Source of the DNA: an uncultured Chloroflexia bacterium
GTDB taxonomy: Bacteria; Chloroflexota; Limnocylindria; Limnocylindrales; CSP1-4
Reading direction: 5' to 3'
DNA length: 64,000 bases
Assembly: GCA_963806175.1 (NCBI GenBank)
Contig: CAWDXA010000011.1
Coordinates: 666,065 to 730,064 of the forward strand
In this document: positions 32,806 through 43,607 of the stretch, piece after piece
Numbering within the stretch: position 1 is the stretch's first letter
Layout of the letters: every line of letters begins with the position of its first letter
Position numbers and translations under genes: made by a program
Notes under the pieces: generated by a model
Database searches by the model: none
What the model was told of the DNA's origin: nothing
What the model saw: the letters and a program-made list of their open reading frames with translations, nothing else

Positions 32806-33589
32806 GCGCCCGAAGCTCGTCGGCCCGATAGCGCCACAGGACGAGGGCGCCGATCACCAGCGTATAGACGGCCAGGACCGCGAGGTCGACCGGGTCCGGG
32901 CCGTTGCCGGCCAGGGCCTGCCAGCCCAGATTCCCCAGGTGATATGCGGGCAGCACATGGGCGATGGTAACCAGTACCCCGGCCATGTTCGTCACCGGGA
33001 CCCACAGGCCGCCCAGGATCGCGAGGGCGAAGTAGGTGATCATCATCCCGCCCTGCGCGCTGTTCGCGTCGAACAGGTAGCCGAGCAGCAGGCCGAGCGC
33101 CGCGAACGGCAGCGCCCCGACGATCATCGACAGGTAGACCTGGACCCACGTCGCGGGCGGCAGAGTGACCTGGTTGAGGACGGCCCCGGCCACGAGGACC
33201 AGCCCGATCGACGGCAGGGTCACCAGGTACGACACGATCAGCTTGCCGGCCACGTACCCGACCGGCGGCAGCGGCGTGGTCCGGAGCAGCCGTGTCCAGC
33301 CGCTCCGACGCTCGGTCGCGATCACGATGGCGCTACCGAGGGCAGCGCCGATGGCGCCGTAGGCCGCCATCGAGATCATGTAGTAGGTCTTCCAGGCCAG
33401 GCCGCCACCGGCCGTCGGATCGGCACCGCCACCCTGCAGGACCCCCGTGAACAGCGCGTAGAACATGACCGGGAAGATGACCGCGGTCATCAGGTAGCGG
33501 CGATTGCGCGAGGCCCGGTGCAGCTCGAGCTGCACGTAGTCGAGAACGGCCGGGACGAGGCCGGGCTGTCGGGTCGAGGTGGCAAGCAT
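32798..33589 (-). CDS. ABC-2 type exporter permease
   Basis: 263 aa with six hydrophobic segments, directly downstream of the ATPase. Overlaps the kinase start by 8 nt. Confidence 0.75.
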   Translation of the reverse strand: MLATSTRQPGLVPAVLDYVQLELHRASRNRRYLMTAVIFPVMFYALFTGVLQGGGADPTAGGGLAWKTYYMISMAAYGAIGAALGSAIVIATERRSGWTRLLRTTPLPPVGYVAGKLIVSYLVTLPSIGLVLVAGAVLNQVTLPPATWVQVYLSMIVGALPFAALGLLLGYLFDANSAQGGMMITYFALAILGGLWVPVTNMAGVLVTIAHVLPAYHLGNLGWQALAGNGPDPVDLAVLAVYTLVIGALVLWRYRADELRARG

Positions 33590-33621
33590 CAGGGACTCCT
33601 TGGGAACGGGATTGCTCCGAA

Positions 33622-34599
33622 TCAGTCGCTGCCGGTCAGGGCGAGGAAGGCGGTCTCGAGGTCAGCGCCGGTCACCTCGAGGTTGAGGATCGGCAGGTTG
33701 CCGGCGTAGATCGCGCGGATCGTCGCGTCGGTGTCGCTCGACCGGAGCGTGACGTCGTCGCCGTGGCGTTCGCAGGCGGTCACGCCCGGCAACGCCTCCA
33801 GGACCGCGCGATCGGGGTAGGGCAGGGTGAACCGGATGGTCCGCCCGGCGACACTGGCCTTGAGCGAGCCGGCCGTGCCATCGGCCACGACCCGGCCGCG
33901 GTCGAGCACGACGATCCGGTCGGCGACCTGGTCCGCCTCCTCGAGGTAGTGGGTGGCGAACAGGACGGTCCGGCCCTCGGCCGCGAACTGGCGCATCTCG
34001 GCCCAGAACGCGTGCCTGGACTCGACGTCCATCGCGACCGTCGGCTCGTCGAGGAACACGAGCTCCGGTTCGCCGGCGATCGCCAGGGCGAACCGCAGGC
34101 GCTGGGTCTCACCGCCGGACAGGTCCTCGGTCCGGCGGCCCCTGAACGTGGTCATCCCGGACAGCGCGAGGGCGCGATCGAGGGTCATCGGGTTCGGGTA
34201 GAGCCGCCGGCTGAAGTCGACGATCTCGGCGACCGTCACGCCGACCGGCAGCCCGCCGACCTGGAGCATGGCCCCCACGCGTCCGCCTTCGACTGCATCG
34301 CGCGGCGGCACGCCGAGCACGCCCACGCGCCCGCGATCGGGGCGAAGGAGACCGAGCATGAGGCCGATCGCCGTCGACTTGCCCGCGCCATTCGGGCCGA
34401 GCAGGGCGACGGTGGATCCGCCGGGAATAGCCAGGTCGACGCTGTCGAGGGCCCGGACTTGGCCGTATGAGCGCGAGACGCCTTCGAAGGCGACCGCCGG
34501 TGCACGTGCCCCGCGGCGGTCCACGCCGGCCAGCCCTTGGGGGCGGGTTGCGATGGATGGGCTGGAGATCGATGGGCTGGAGATCGATGAGCTGTCCAT
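33622..34599 (-). CDS. ABC transporter ATP-binding protein (DrrA/ABC-2 partner type)
   Basis: Walker A GPNGAGKST, signature LSGGETQRLRFALAI, Walker B VFLDEPTVAMD. The N-terminus carries a repeat-encoded SISSPSISSPSI segment. Confidence 0.9.
   Translation of the reverse strand: MDSSSISSPSISSPSIATRPQGLAGVDRRGARAPAVAFEGVSRSYGQVRALDSVDLAIPGGSTVALLGPNGAGKSTAIGLMLGLLRPDRGRVGVLGVPPRDAVEGGRVGAMLQVGGLPVGVTVAEIVDFSRRLYPNPMTLDRALALSGMTTFRGRRTEDLSGGETQRLRFALAIAGEPELVFLDEPTVAMDVESRHAFWAEMRQFAAEGRTVLFATHYLEEADQVADRIVVLDRGRVVADGTAGSLKASVAGRTIRFTLPYPDRAVLEALPGVTACERHGDDVTLRSSDTDATIRAIYAGNLPILNLEVTGADLETAFLALTGSD
34556..34594. repeat. 15-bp tandem repeat, about 2.6 copies (GATGGGCTGGAGATC)
   Basis: Identical copies at 34556-34570 and 34571-34585, plus partial GATGAGCTG at 34586-34594. 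It lies in the first 15 codons of the ABC ATPase ORF. Confidence 0.8.
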
Positions 34600-34809
34600 C
34601 GCTCGAGTCTCGATCGAGCCGGCCCGTCGCGGAAGTCACGCCCGTCGCGAAACGTTCGTGACGCATCTGGCGGCCCCGACCGTGATCCGTGTCATGCCGC
34701 GTCGGGGGCGGAAGGCCGTGTCGGCCCGTGCTACACTCCCGGCCGCGCGGCGAGGACCGCCCGGCAGGCTCGCGCTCGACTCGCCAGCACCCACGCCGCA
34801 GGAGCATCG

Positions 34810-35469
34810 ATGCCCGAGGACCGCGCCATTTCGCGGAGCGTGCTGGCCGACCAGGTCAAGGACCGCCTCCTCCAGGACATCCTTTCCGGCGTCTACCCGC
34901 CCGACTCGCGGATCGTCGAGACTCGCGTTGCCCGGGCCCTCGGCACGAGCCAGGCGCCGGTGCGCGAGGCCTTGCGCGGTCTCGAGGCCCTCGGCCTGGT
35001 CGAGATCGCCCCGTTCCGCGGTGCTCGCGTTCGACGGCCGAGCGCTCCCGAGCTGCTCGAGGCGTACGCGGTTCGCGCGGAGCTGGAGGCGCTGGGCGCG
35101 CGACTCGGTGTCCCGCGGATGACCGATGCCGACCTCGCCGAGCTCGAAGCCCTCGGCGACGAGATGCAGCGAGCCGCCGAAGCGGGTGATCGCCACGAAG
35201 TGGCCGTGGCCGACGCGCGGTTCCATGCCCGGCTGCTGGCGCTGTCGGGTAACGTGACCCTCGAGCGGGTCTGGCGGTCGCTCGAGCCGTACTCGCGCAC
35301 CTACATCACCCTGCTCGCACCCGGCGCGGATGCGCATTGGACGGCCGATCTCCACCCCTCGATCCTGCGGGCCCTGCGCACGCGCGACGCCGATCAGGTC
35401 GTGCTGGCGCTGCGCCGCCATTTCGACGAGGCGCGAGCCCACCTGGCCGGAGGCTGGACCGACGGTTGA
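34810..35469 (+). CDS. GntR-family transcriptional regulator, FadR/FCD subfamily (paralog 1)
   Basis: wHTH text RIVETRVARALGTSQAPVREALRGLEALGLVEIAPFRGARV, followed by an all-helical FCD-like domain. SD AGGAG precedes ATG 34810. Confidence 0.9.
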   Translation: MPEDRAISRSVLADQVKDRLLQDILSGVYPPDSRIVETRVARALGTSQAPVREALRGLEALGLVEIAPFRGARVRRPSAPELLEAYAVRAELEALGARLGVPRMTDADLAELEALGDEMQRAAEAGDRHEVAVADARFHARLLALSGNVTLERVWRSLEPYSRTYITLLAPGADAHWTADLHPSILRALRTRDADQVVLALRRHFDEARAHLAGGWTDG

Positions 35470-35499
35470 TCGACGGGCCGGGCCCGCCTGTGCCTCCGC

Positions 35500-36444
35500 T
35501 CAGGCGCGACCGAGGATCCGGCGCACCTGATCCGCGACCCGCGGCGCGGACAGGCCGTAGATCTCGAGCAGGGCGTCGTTCGGGCCCGATTCCGGGTAGA
35601 CATCCTGGAAGCCGATCCGGTTGACGGGCGTCGGATGGTGCTCCGCGAGCACTTCGGCAACCGCGCCGCCCAGCCCGCCGATGACCGAATGCTCCTCGAC
35701 GGTGATGACCCGGCCGGTCCGCTGCGCGGCCAGGACGATCGCCGCGACATCGAGCGGCTTGATGGTCGGGACGTGGACGACGTGCGCGTCGAGGCCGTCG
35801 GCCGCCAGCAGGTCGGCAGCCTCGACCACGCGCGGCAGCTGCGTCCCGGTGCTGAACAGGGTCACGTCGCGTCCCTCGCGGACCGTGACGGCCTTGCCGA
35901 ATTCGAACCGGTAGTCGTCGCCGAAGAACCGTGCGGTGGCATCGCGGACCAGCCTGACGTAGCACGGCCCCTGGTAGGCGGCCGCCCAGCGAAGCACCTG
36001 GCGGGCCTCCACGTCGTCGGCCGGGGAGACGGTCACCATCCCGGGCATCGCCCGCATGATCGACATGTCGTCGACGATGATGTGGCTCATCCCCGTCTGT
36101 CCCGTGAACAGCCCGGCGTATCCGGGGGTGATCTTCACGTTGAGCCCCGTCTGGGCGATGAGCACGCGGATCTGGTCGAGCGGCCGGACGACGGCGAACG
36201 AGACGAACGTGCTGATGAACGGGATCAGGCCCATGGTCGCCAGCCCGGCGGCGACGCCCATCATGTTCTGCTCGGCGATCCCCATCTGGAGGTACCGATC
36301 CGGGTGCGCCTTCTCGAAGATGTCGGCCCGGGTCGAGCTTCCGACGTCGCCGTCGAGCATGACGATCCGCGGGTCGTCGTTAGCCAGCTCCGCGACGGTC
36401 TCCCCGAAGATCTCGCGCATGGGTCGGCCGATGGTCGGCGTCAT
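35500..36444 (-). CDS. transketolase, C-terminal (pyrimidine-binding) subunit of a split enzyme
   Basis: MREIFGETVAELANDDPRIVMLDGDVGSSTR...YLQMGIAEQNMMGVAAGLA...GMSHIIVDDMSIMRAMPGM...IKPLD. ATGA overlap with the N-terminal subunit. Confidence 0.9.
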   Translation of the reverse strand: MTPTIGRPMREIFGETVAELANDDPRIVMLDGDVGSSTRADIFEKAHPDRYLQMGIAEQNMMGVAAGLATMGLIPFISTFVSFAVVRPLDQIRVLIAQTGLNVKITPGYAGLFTGQTGMSHIIVDDMSIMRAMPGMVTVSPADDVEARQVLRWAAAYQGPCYVRLVRDATARFFGDDYRFEFGKAVTVREGRDVTLFSTGTQLPRVVEAADLLAADGLDAHVVHVPTIKPLDVAAIVLAAQRTGRVITVEEHSVIGGLGGAVAEVLAEHHPTPVNRIGFQDVYPESGPNDALLEIYGLSAPRVADQVRRILGRA

Positions 36445-37334
36445 GGCTGCGCTCCTTCGGCGACCGGGAGCGGCTCGCCCAGGTCGCGCATCGCGATCGC
36501 GAACTCCTCCGGCTTGATGGCACGCGTGTGCCAGAAGTACCGGCCCTCCATGTAGGACACGCCCTTCCCCTTGACGGTGTGGGCGATCACGGCGACCGGC
36601 CGGCCGTCTCCGCGCCGGGCCTCGGCCAGCACGCGCAGGATCGCGGCCATGTCGTGGCCGTCGACCTCGAGGACGCGCCAGCGGAACGCGGTCCACTTGT
36701 CGACGAGTTCGCCGGGGACCTGGGGCGGTCTGCGGCCGTCCGGTCCATCGCCCGGCCAGCCGTATTGCTGGAGCTTGTTGTGATCGATGATGGCCACGAG
36801 GTTGTCGAGGCCGTAGCGTGCCGCGGCCATGGCCGCTTCCCAGACCTCGCCCTCCTGGCATTCGCCGTCACCGAGGATCACGAACGCGCGGCTGTCACGC
36901 CCCGTCAGCCGGGCGCCCAGCGCCATGCCCATGGCGGCGGAGATGCCCATGCCGAGGGAGCCGGTGGACATGTCGAGCCCCGGCAGGCGGGTCATGTCCG
37001 GATGCCCCTGGAGGCGCGAGTGCGCCGCGTCGAAGGTCAAGAGCTCCTCGACCGGGAAGTACCCGCGCAGGGCCATCGCGGCATACAGGCCGATCGACGA
37101 ATGGCCTTTCGAGAGGACGAACCGGTCGCGATCCGGCCAGGCTGGCTCGTCGGGCCGGATGCGCATCTCGTGGAAGTAGAGCGCCGCCAGCAGGTCGGCC
37201 GCCGACAGCGGTCCACCGAGGTGACCGGCTCTCGCGTGGTTGACGGCCTTGACGACCTCGACCCGGATCTGCCGCGCGATCTCCTGGAGGCGTTCGACTT
37301 CGCCGGCTTCGAGGTCGGCGACCGGCGCGCTCAT
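36441..37334 (-). CDS. transketolase, N-terminal (TPP-binding) subunit of a split enzyme
   Basis: AGHLGGPLSAADLLAALYF, DRFVLSKGHSSIGLYA, TGSLGMGISAAMGMA, ILGDGECQEGEVWEAAM, LDNLVAIIDHNKLQ. Confidence 0.9.
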   Translation of the reverse strand: MSAPVADLEAGEVERLQEIARQIRVEVVKAVNHARAGHLGGPLSAADLLAALYFHEMRIRPDEPAWPDRDRFVLSKGHSSIGLYAAMALRGYFPVEELLTFDAAHSRLQGHPDMTRLPGLDMSTGSLGMGISAAMGMALGARLTGRDSRAFVILGDGECQEGEVWEAAMAAARYGLDNLVAIIDHNKLQQYGWPGDGPDGRRPPQVPGELVDKWTAFRWRVLEVDGHDMAAILRVLAEARRGDGRPVAVIAHTVKGKGVSYMEGRYFWHTRAIKPEEFAIAMRDLGEPLPVAEGAQP

Positions 37335-37699
37335 GAGCCGCGCTTCCGCTCGTAGGAGCCGGGGACGACAGGCGGGGAGAAGAAGCAGACGAGCTCGAGC
37401 GGCTCGGGGCCGTCCGACTCGGTCGCGTGGAGCGTTCCCGGCGAAACCCACACGGTCACCCCGGCCTCGATCTCGGCGGTCGTCTCCGGCGTCACGATCC
37501 GGCCGCGTCCCGCGGCGCAGTAGATGGTCTCCTCCTGGGTGTCGTGGACGTGGCCCTCCGGGGCGCTGCCGGGTGGAAACACCGACACGCCCATCGAGAC
37601 CCGTTCCGTCGGCGCGTTCTGCGGACCGAGATAGGTGTACCAATCGCGGCCCGGCAGGGGGAAGACCTCGGCGTCGGCGCGTGCGACTCGCTTGATCAC
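37331..37699 (-). CDS. small cupin-domain protein (122 aa)
   Basis: Cupin motif 1 PEGHVHDTQEETIYCAAG and motif 2 GVTVWVSPGTLHATE. SD GAGGTGG precedes GTG 37699. ATGA overlap with the transketolase subunit. Confidence 0.75.
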   Translation of the reverse strand: MIKRVARADAEVFPLPGRDWYTYLGPQNAPTERVSMGVSVFPPGSAPEGHVHDTQEETIYCAAGRGRIVTPETTAEIEAGVTVWVSPGTLHATESDGPEPLELVCFFSPPVVPGSYERKRGS

Positions 37700-37720
37700 C
37701 GTTCCACCTCGCTACCTACA

Positions 37721-37760
37721 ATCGATTATCGATGATACGAGTCACCTACAGGCCCGTCAA
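37721..37760 (-). promoter_or_regulatory. promoter plus operator site A of the cupin/transketolase operon
   Basis: On the reverse strand: -35 TTGACG (37755-37760), 17-nt spacer, -10 TATCAT (37732-37737). The dyad ATCGATTATCGAT (37721-37733) overlaps the last 2 nt of the -10 and covers the expected transcription start. Confidence 0.6.
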
Positions 37761-37873
37761 GGCTGAATCGGCGGGGAAGCCGCGCGCGGGCTCGGCGTCC
37801 GCGAACAGGGACTGAGCGTCCCGCCGCCCGGCCAGGCCGGCGCGAGCGGCGGGACTCCCAGCGCGAGAGGAGG

Positions 37874-39401
<1,528 letters not shown>

Positions 39402-39436
39402 GGGTCCGGTCTCCTTGTGGCTTGCGGAGCGATGGA

Positions 39437-40532
39437 TCAGGCGATCCTGACGTCGGGATCGGGCAGGACCAGGTCGCGGATCGCGCCCTGGAGGTCGTGA
39501 TAGGACTTGACGAAGGTCCGCAGGGTCCGGGCGCTGGCCCCGAATCCCTCGAACTCGTCCGGGGTCATGCCGTCCGGCTCATAGGCTCGGCGGAAGTCCG
39601 GGATGCGCTCGTACAGGTCGGCGATGAGCCCCGGGTCCACCGGCTCGTCCATGCGCGGGAACGGCGTGATGCCGCTGGCGTTGAAGCGGACCTGCCAGGG
39701 GTAGGGGAGGGTCATGCTCACGTCGCCGCCGACCAGCTCCGTCCAGTGCAGGCGGTGCCGGTAGGCCGCGGCAAGCAGCCGGGTCCGATAGCCGCGCTCG
39801 CGGAAGATCCCGTAGGCCCGCTTGAACGCGGCCACTCCGGCCCAGTTGGGGGCATCCGGGTGGACGGCGAGGTCGTCGCGCTCGACGACGACCTTCATCC
39901 AGTCGTCCAGGCGCCCGATCATGATCGTGGCGATCGGGCTCATCGAGGCGACGTCGAGCCCGTCCGCAGACGCGCCGGTCCAGGGCGCGCTCGACGGCCT
40001 CGGCGACGGCGATCGCCTGCGGCACGGTGAAGCTGACGGTCCCGTTGATGTTGATGCCGCGGAACGTCGCCTCCTCGATCGCGATCAGGCCCGAGCTGGT
40101 GACCGGGAACTTGACCTGGATGTTCGGGGCGAGACCGGCGAACCGGGCGGCCTGGTCGACCATGCGGACGGGATCTCGATGATTGGCAGGGTTCGTCTGG
40201 ACCGACAGGCGACCGAGGCGGCCGCCAGCCCGGTCGAACACCGGCTGGAGGATGCCGGCGCCGCGGGCGGCCATCTCCTCGACGATGGCCCAGGTGATCT
40301 CGACCTCGGTCCAGGTCGGATTGGCCGCTGCCAGTTGGTGCACGCGGGGGACCCAGTGCCCCTTCTCCTTCTTCATGACGTCGAGGACGATGCTCGGGTT
40401 CGAGGTCGCGCCCGTCGCGCCGCGCTCCACGGCGTAGCTCAGCTCATCGACCGCGCAGGAGTCGTTCCAGTACTGGGTCGGCGTCTCCTGGGTCATGCGC
40501 AGCAAGGGACTGTCAGTGGCGGTGATCGTCAT
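39437..40532 (-). pseudogene. tal: transaldolase (about 365-aa type), single frameshift near 39950
   Basis: TQYWNDSCAVDELSYAVERGATGATSNPSIV, LSVQTNPANH, IQVKFPVTSSGLIAIEEATFRGININGTVSFTVPQAIAVAEA (ORF 39579..40727). It then continues as MSPIATIMIGRLDDW... (ORF 39437..39943). Confidence 0.85.
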
Positions 40533-40575
40533 TGGGCGTGGCCCTTCAGTTCGAGTGCTGTCCATGTTGGGACAC

Positions 40576-40604
40576 ATAATCGATGATCGATGCCTCAACT
40601 GCAA
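40576..40604 (-). promoter_or_regulatory. promoter plus operator site B of the transaldolase/mmsA operon
   Basis: On the reverse strand: -35 TTGCAG (40599-40604), 17-nt spacer, -10 GATTAT (40576-40581). The dyad ATCGATGATCGAT (40579-40591) spans the -10/spacer, 47 nt upstream of ATG 40532. Confidence 0.55.
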
Positions 40605-40711
40605 GGGACCTCTGGCCGGGTGGGGGGAGTCCAGGCGGCCCTCGATGCCGGCCGACCGCTCGACCTCTGGAGAGCCCGACGGTCGGCTGTCGATCGGCCC
40701 GGATTTGGCAC

Positions 40712-40760
40712 TTGACGTGGACCGCATGGGTTCCTATGTTATCGGTAATCGATTATCGAA
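40712..40760 (+). promoter_or_regulatory. promoter plus operator site C of the Liv-type ABC transporter operon
   Basis: -35 TTGACG (40712-40717), 17-nt spacer, -10 TATGTT (40735-40740). It is immediately followed by three half-sites, ATCGGT-A-ATCGAT-T-ATCGAA (40741-40760). An approximately 220-nt leader runs to ATG 40978. Confidence 0.6.
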
Positions 40761-40977
40761 CATCAGGTTCGCGACCGGTCGCCCCCCCACCGCCCAGACC
40801 CGGTGAGGACGCTCGCGAAGATCCTGGGGGACGGTGATCGGTCAGGAGTTCCCCAAGGATTCCTGAGGCGTGCGGGTCGACCACCAGAGGGGCACGGTTG
40901 GACGGCAAGGGATCGCAGCGGCTCGGCACGGTCACGCATGGCGATGAGGTCGCGACGCAGATGCCGGGCCAGGGCTG

Positions 40978-41850
40978 ATGGAGTTCATCACCCAGCCGCT
41001 CGTCATCGGGCTCTCCGATCACGCTCCGCTGATCCTGGCCGCGATCGGGTTCGCCCTCCTCTACAAGCTGACCGGCCTGATCAACGTGGCCTACTCGGAG
41101 ACCATCACGCTCGGCGCGTACTTCGGCATGTGGCTCAACACGACGTACGGCCTCGACTTCTACACCGTCCTGATCCCCACCGGGCTGCTGGCCGGCGTCC
41201 TCAGCGTCGCAACGTACCTCGCCATCTTCCGACCGGCCAAGCGCCGCAATGTCGGGGCGCTCGAATTGATCATTCTCTCGTTCGGGCTGTCGATCTTCCT
41301 CCGGCACGGCCTGCAGTTCGTCTTCGGCTACCCGGTCCGCTTCTACGACGTGCCCCCGCCCGACACGATCCTGGTCCTCGACGTGGGTGTGACGTCCTTC
41401 CGCCTACTCGCCGTCGTGAGCGTGGCCGTCCTGTCCCTGCTGCTGTGGGTCTTCATCCAGCGGTCCAGGTACGGCCTCCAGATCCGGGCGCTCGCCAACG
41501 ACGAGGACCTGGCCCAGGTCAGCGGGATCCGGCCGCTCGCCGTCACGACGCTGATCTGGTTCATCGCCGGCGTCGCCGGCGGGCTGGCCGGCGCGTTCTA
41601 CGGCGTCGGGGCGAACGTCTCGCCGCTGCTCGGCTGGCGGCAGTTCCTGCTCATCCTGATGGTGGCCCTCGTGGGAGGGAGTTGGGGGCTCGGCGGCGTC
41701 ATCCTCGTCGGGGTGGGCACGGCCGTGGCGATGGCGGCCATGGCGCTCCAGTTCGACCAGGCCCTGTATGCGCAGCTGGTGCTGATCGTCGCCTTCGTCG
41801 TCGTCCTCAAGGTGCGCGGATCGCGGCTCACCGAAACGGCAAAGGTGTAG
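40978..41850 (+). CDS. livH: branched-chain-amino-acid-type (HAAT) ABC transporter permease, LivH-like
   Basis: Intact 290 aa. Multi-TM text: GLINVAYSETITLGAYFG..., IRALANDEDLAQVSGI. Confidence 0.85.
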   Translation: MEFITQPLVIGLSDHAPLILAAIGFALLYKLTGLINVAYSETITLGAYFGMWLNTTYGLDFYTVLIPTGLLAGVLSVATYLAIFRPAKRRNVGALELIILSFGLSIFLRHGLQFVFGYPVRFYDVPPPDTILVLDVGVTSFRLLAVVSVAVLSLLLWVFIQRSRYGLQIRALANDEDLAQVSGIRPLAVTTLIWFIAGVAGGLAGAFYGVGANVSPLLGWRQFLLILMVALVGGSWGLGGVILVGVGTAVAMAAMALQFDQALYAQLVLIVAFVVVLKVRGSRLTETAKV

Positions 41851-41854
41851 CCCC

Positions 41855-42805
41855 ATGAACATCGACTGGCTCGACGCCTTCCTGATCACGGGGCTGTTCC
41901 AGGTGGCGATGGTGATCGGCCTTGCGCTGCTGCTCCACCTCCAGCTGGGCCTCGCCCGGATCGCCAACTTCGGCGTCGTCGGCTTCTGGGGCATCGGGAT
42001 GTACGCCTTCGGCGTGCTGTACGTCAAGGTCGACTGGCCGTTCGGGGACCCATGGCAGTTCCTCGTCTGCGCCGCCGTCGCGACCCTCGTCGCCGGCGTC
42101 GCGGGGCTCCTCGTCGGATGGCTGATCTCCGACCTGAACACCGACGGCATGCTCGTGGGCACACTCGGGTTCGCCACCGCCGTGCAGATCCTGGCGACCA
42201 CCGAGGACGACTTCACCGGCGGTGCGCGCGGCATGGGCGGGCTCGACTTCCCGTTCGACATCGGCCGCGTCAAGGACAACGAGTTCCTGTGGCTGGTGAT
42301 CATGGCCCTGGTCGTCGCTGCGATCCTGCTCTACGTCTGGCGGGTCCACCGCTCGCCCTACGGTCGCCTCCTCATCGCGGTAGGGGGCAACGAGGCGCTC
42401 GCGCGCAGCCTCGGGAAGTCGACGTTCCGGGCCAAGCTCGGGCTGTTCGCCGTCGGCTCGGCGGGGATGGGACTGCTGGGTGCGATGAACGGCGTCATGG
42501 TCCACTACCTGGACGTCGGCAACATCGGGGTGGGCGTCACCCTCGCGGCGATGGTGGGGCTGGTCCTGGGCGGCACAGCTCGCGTCTGGGGCGCGGTCGT
42601 GGGCGTCGTCCTCACGGTCGGGCTGTTCGACATCGTGGTCCAGTCCTACCTGCCGCTCCCGAGGGAGTGGTACAGCCAGGCCATCCCCGTGCTGCGCGAG
42701 GCGGCGTTCGGCCTGACCTTGATGCTGGTCCTGCTGTTCCGGCCCCTGGGCATCCTCGGCGACATGCGACGCGACAAGCTGATGGGCAAGATCCATGGTC
42801 GCTGA
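41855..42805 (+). CDS. livM: HAAT ABC transporter permease, LivM-like
   Basis: Intact 316 aa. LGLARIANFGVVGFWGIGMYAF..., LIAVGGNEALARSLG. Confidence 0.85.
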   Translation: MNIDWLDAFLITGLFQVAMVIGLALLLHLQLGLARIANFGVVGFWGIGMYAFGVLYVKVDWPFGDPWQFLVCAAVATLVAGVAGLLVGWLISDLNTDGMLVGTLGFATAVQILATTEDDFTGGARGMGGLDFPFDIGRVKDNEFLWLVIMALVVAAILLYVWRVHRSPYGRLLIAVGGNEALARSLGKSTFRAKLGLFAVGSAGMGLLGAMNGVMVHYLDVGNIGVGVTLAAMVGLVLGGTARVWGAVVGVVLTVGLFDIVVQSYLPLPREWYSQAIPVLREAAFGLTLMLVLLFRPLGILGDMRRDKLMGKIHGR

Positions 42806-43607
42806 CGTCGTCGGCGCCGAGGCCGCGGTGTCCGCCGACGCCGTCACCCGTCCCCGGATCCGCGTCCAGGGAGCCGTCAAGAGCTTCTCGGGCCGGGTCG
42901 TGGTGGACGTCGACGACCTCGTCCTGGGCGACCGGCCGATCCAGGGCCTCATCGGGCCCAACGGTGCCGGCAAGACGACGCTGATGCGCATGATCATGCA
43001 CTCGACCTCGCTCGACCGAGGCCGGATCTCCCTCCTGCCCGCGGCCGGTGGCGACGTGGCGCTGTCGAGCCTGCCCCCAAACCGGATGGCGCGCCACGGC
43101 GTGGTGAAGTCCAACCAGGTGATCATGGACTTCGACAAGCTGACCATCTGGGATTCGCTCCTGCTCTCCGTGGCCGAGGCCAGGTACGAACAGCCGCAGC
43201 GGGTGTTCAGCGAGCGGACGGTCTTCGACCGGCACGAGGCGGAGGTCCGGCACTACCTGGACTACTTCGGGTTCGCCGACCCGGCGGCGTTCGCGATGTC
43301 GGCGGGGGAGAAGAAGCTCCTCGACATCGTCCGCTGCCTGCTCCTGCGGCCGACGTTCCTCCTGCTCGACGAGCCGACGGCCGGGCTGCCCGAAGAGCTG
43401 AGGGAGAAGGTCATGACCGTGGTCAGGGACCTGGCGGCCGCCGGCACGTCGGTGGTGATCGTCGAGCACGACTTGAACGTCATCTGGGGTCTCTGCGACG
43501 AGGTCCTGTTCATGGCCGAGGGCAGCGTGATCCTGCGAGGCGACCCGCAGTCGATCCGCGAGAACCGGACGGTCGTCGAGAAGTACCTGGGTGAAGGCCA
43601 TGTCTAG
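42795..43607 (+). CDS. livG: HAAT ABC transporter ATP-binding protein, LivG-like
   Basis: Walker A GPNGAGKTT, signature-like SAGEKKLLDIVRCL, Walker B LLLDEPTAGL, C-terminal EKYLG. Confidence 0.85.
   Translation: MVADVVGAEAAVSADAVTRPRIRVQGAVKSFSGRVVVDVDDLVLGDRPIQGLIGPNGAGKTTLMRMIMHSTSLDRGRISLLPAAGGDVALSSLPPNRMARHGVVKSNQVIMDFDKLTIWDSLLLSVAEARYEQPQRVFSERTVFDRHEAEVRHYLDYFGFADPAAFAMSAGEKKLLDIVRCLLLRPTFLLLDEPTAGLPEELREKVMTVVRDLAAAGTSVVIVEHDLNVIWGLCDEVLFMAEGSVILRGDPQSIRENRTVVEKYLGEGHV

Noticed and set aside
34556-34594. Tandem repeat considered as a CRISPR or mini-array.
   Set aside because: There are only about 2.6 contiguous copies of 15 bp with no spacers, and no cas genes anywhere in the window.
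40495-40837. ORFs 40495..40806 and 40583..40837 in the transaldolase / livH intergenic region.
   Set aside because: They span the AT-rich promoter and operator sequences and have no coding bias or motifs. The region is better explained as two divergent promoters plus a leader.
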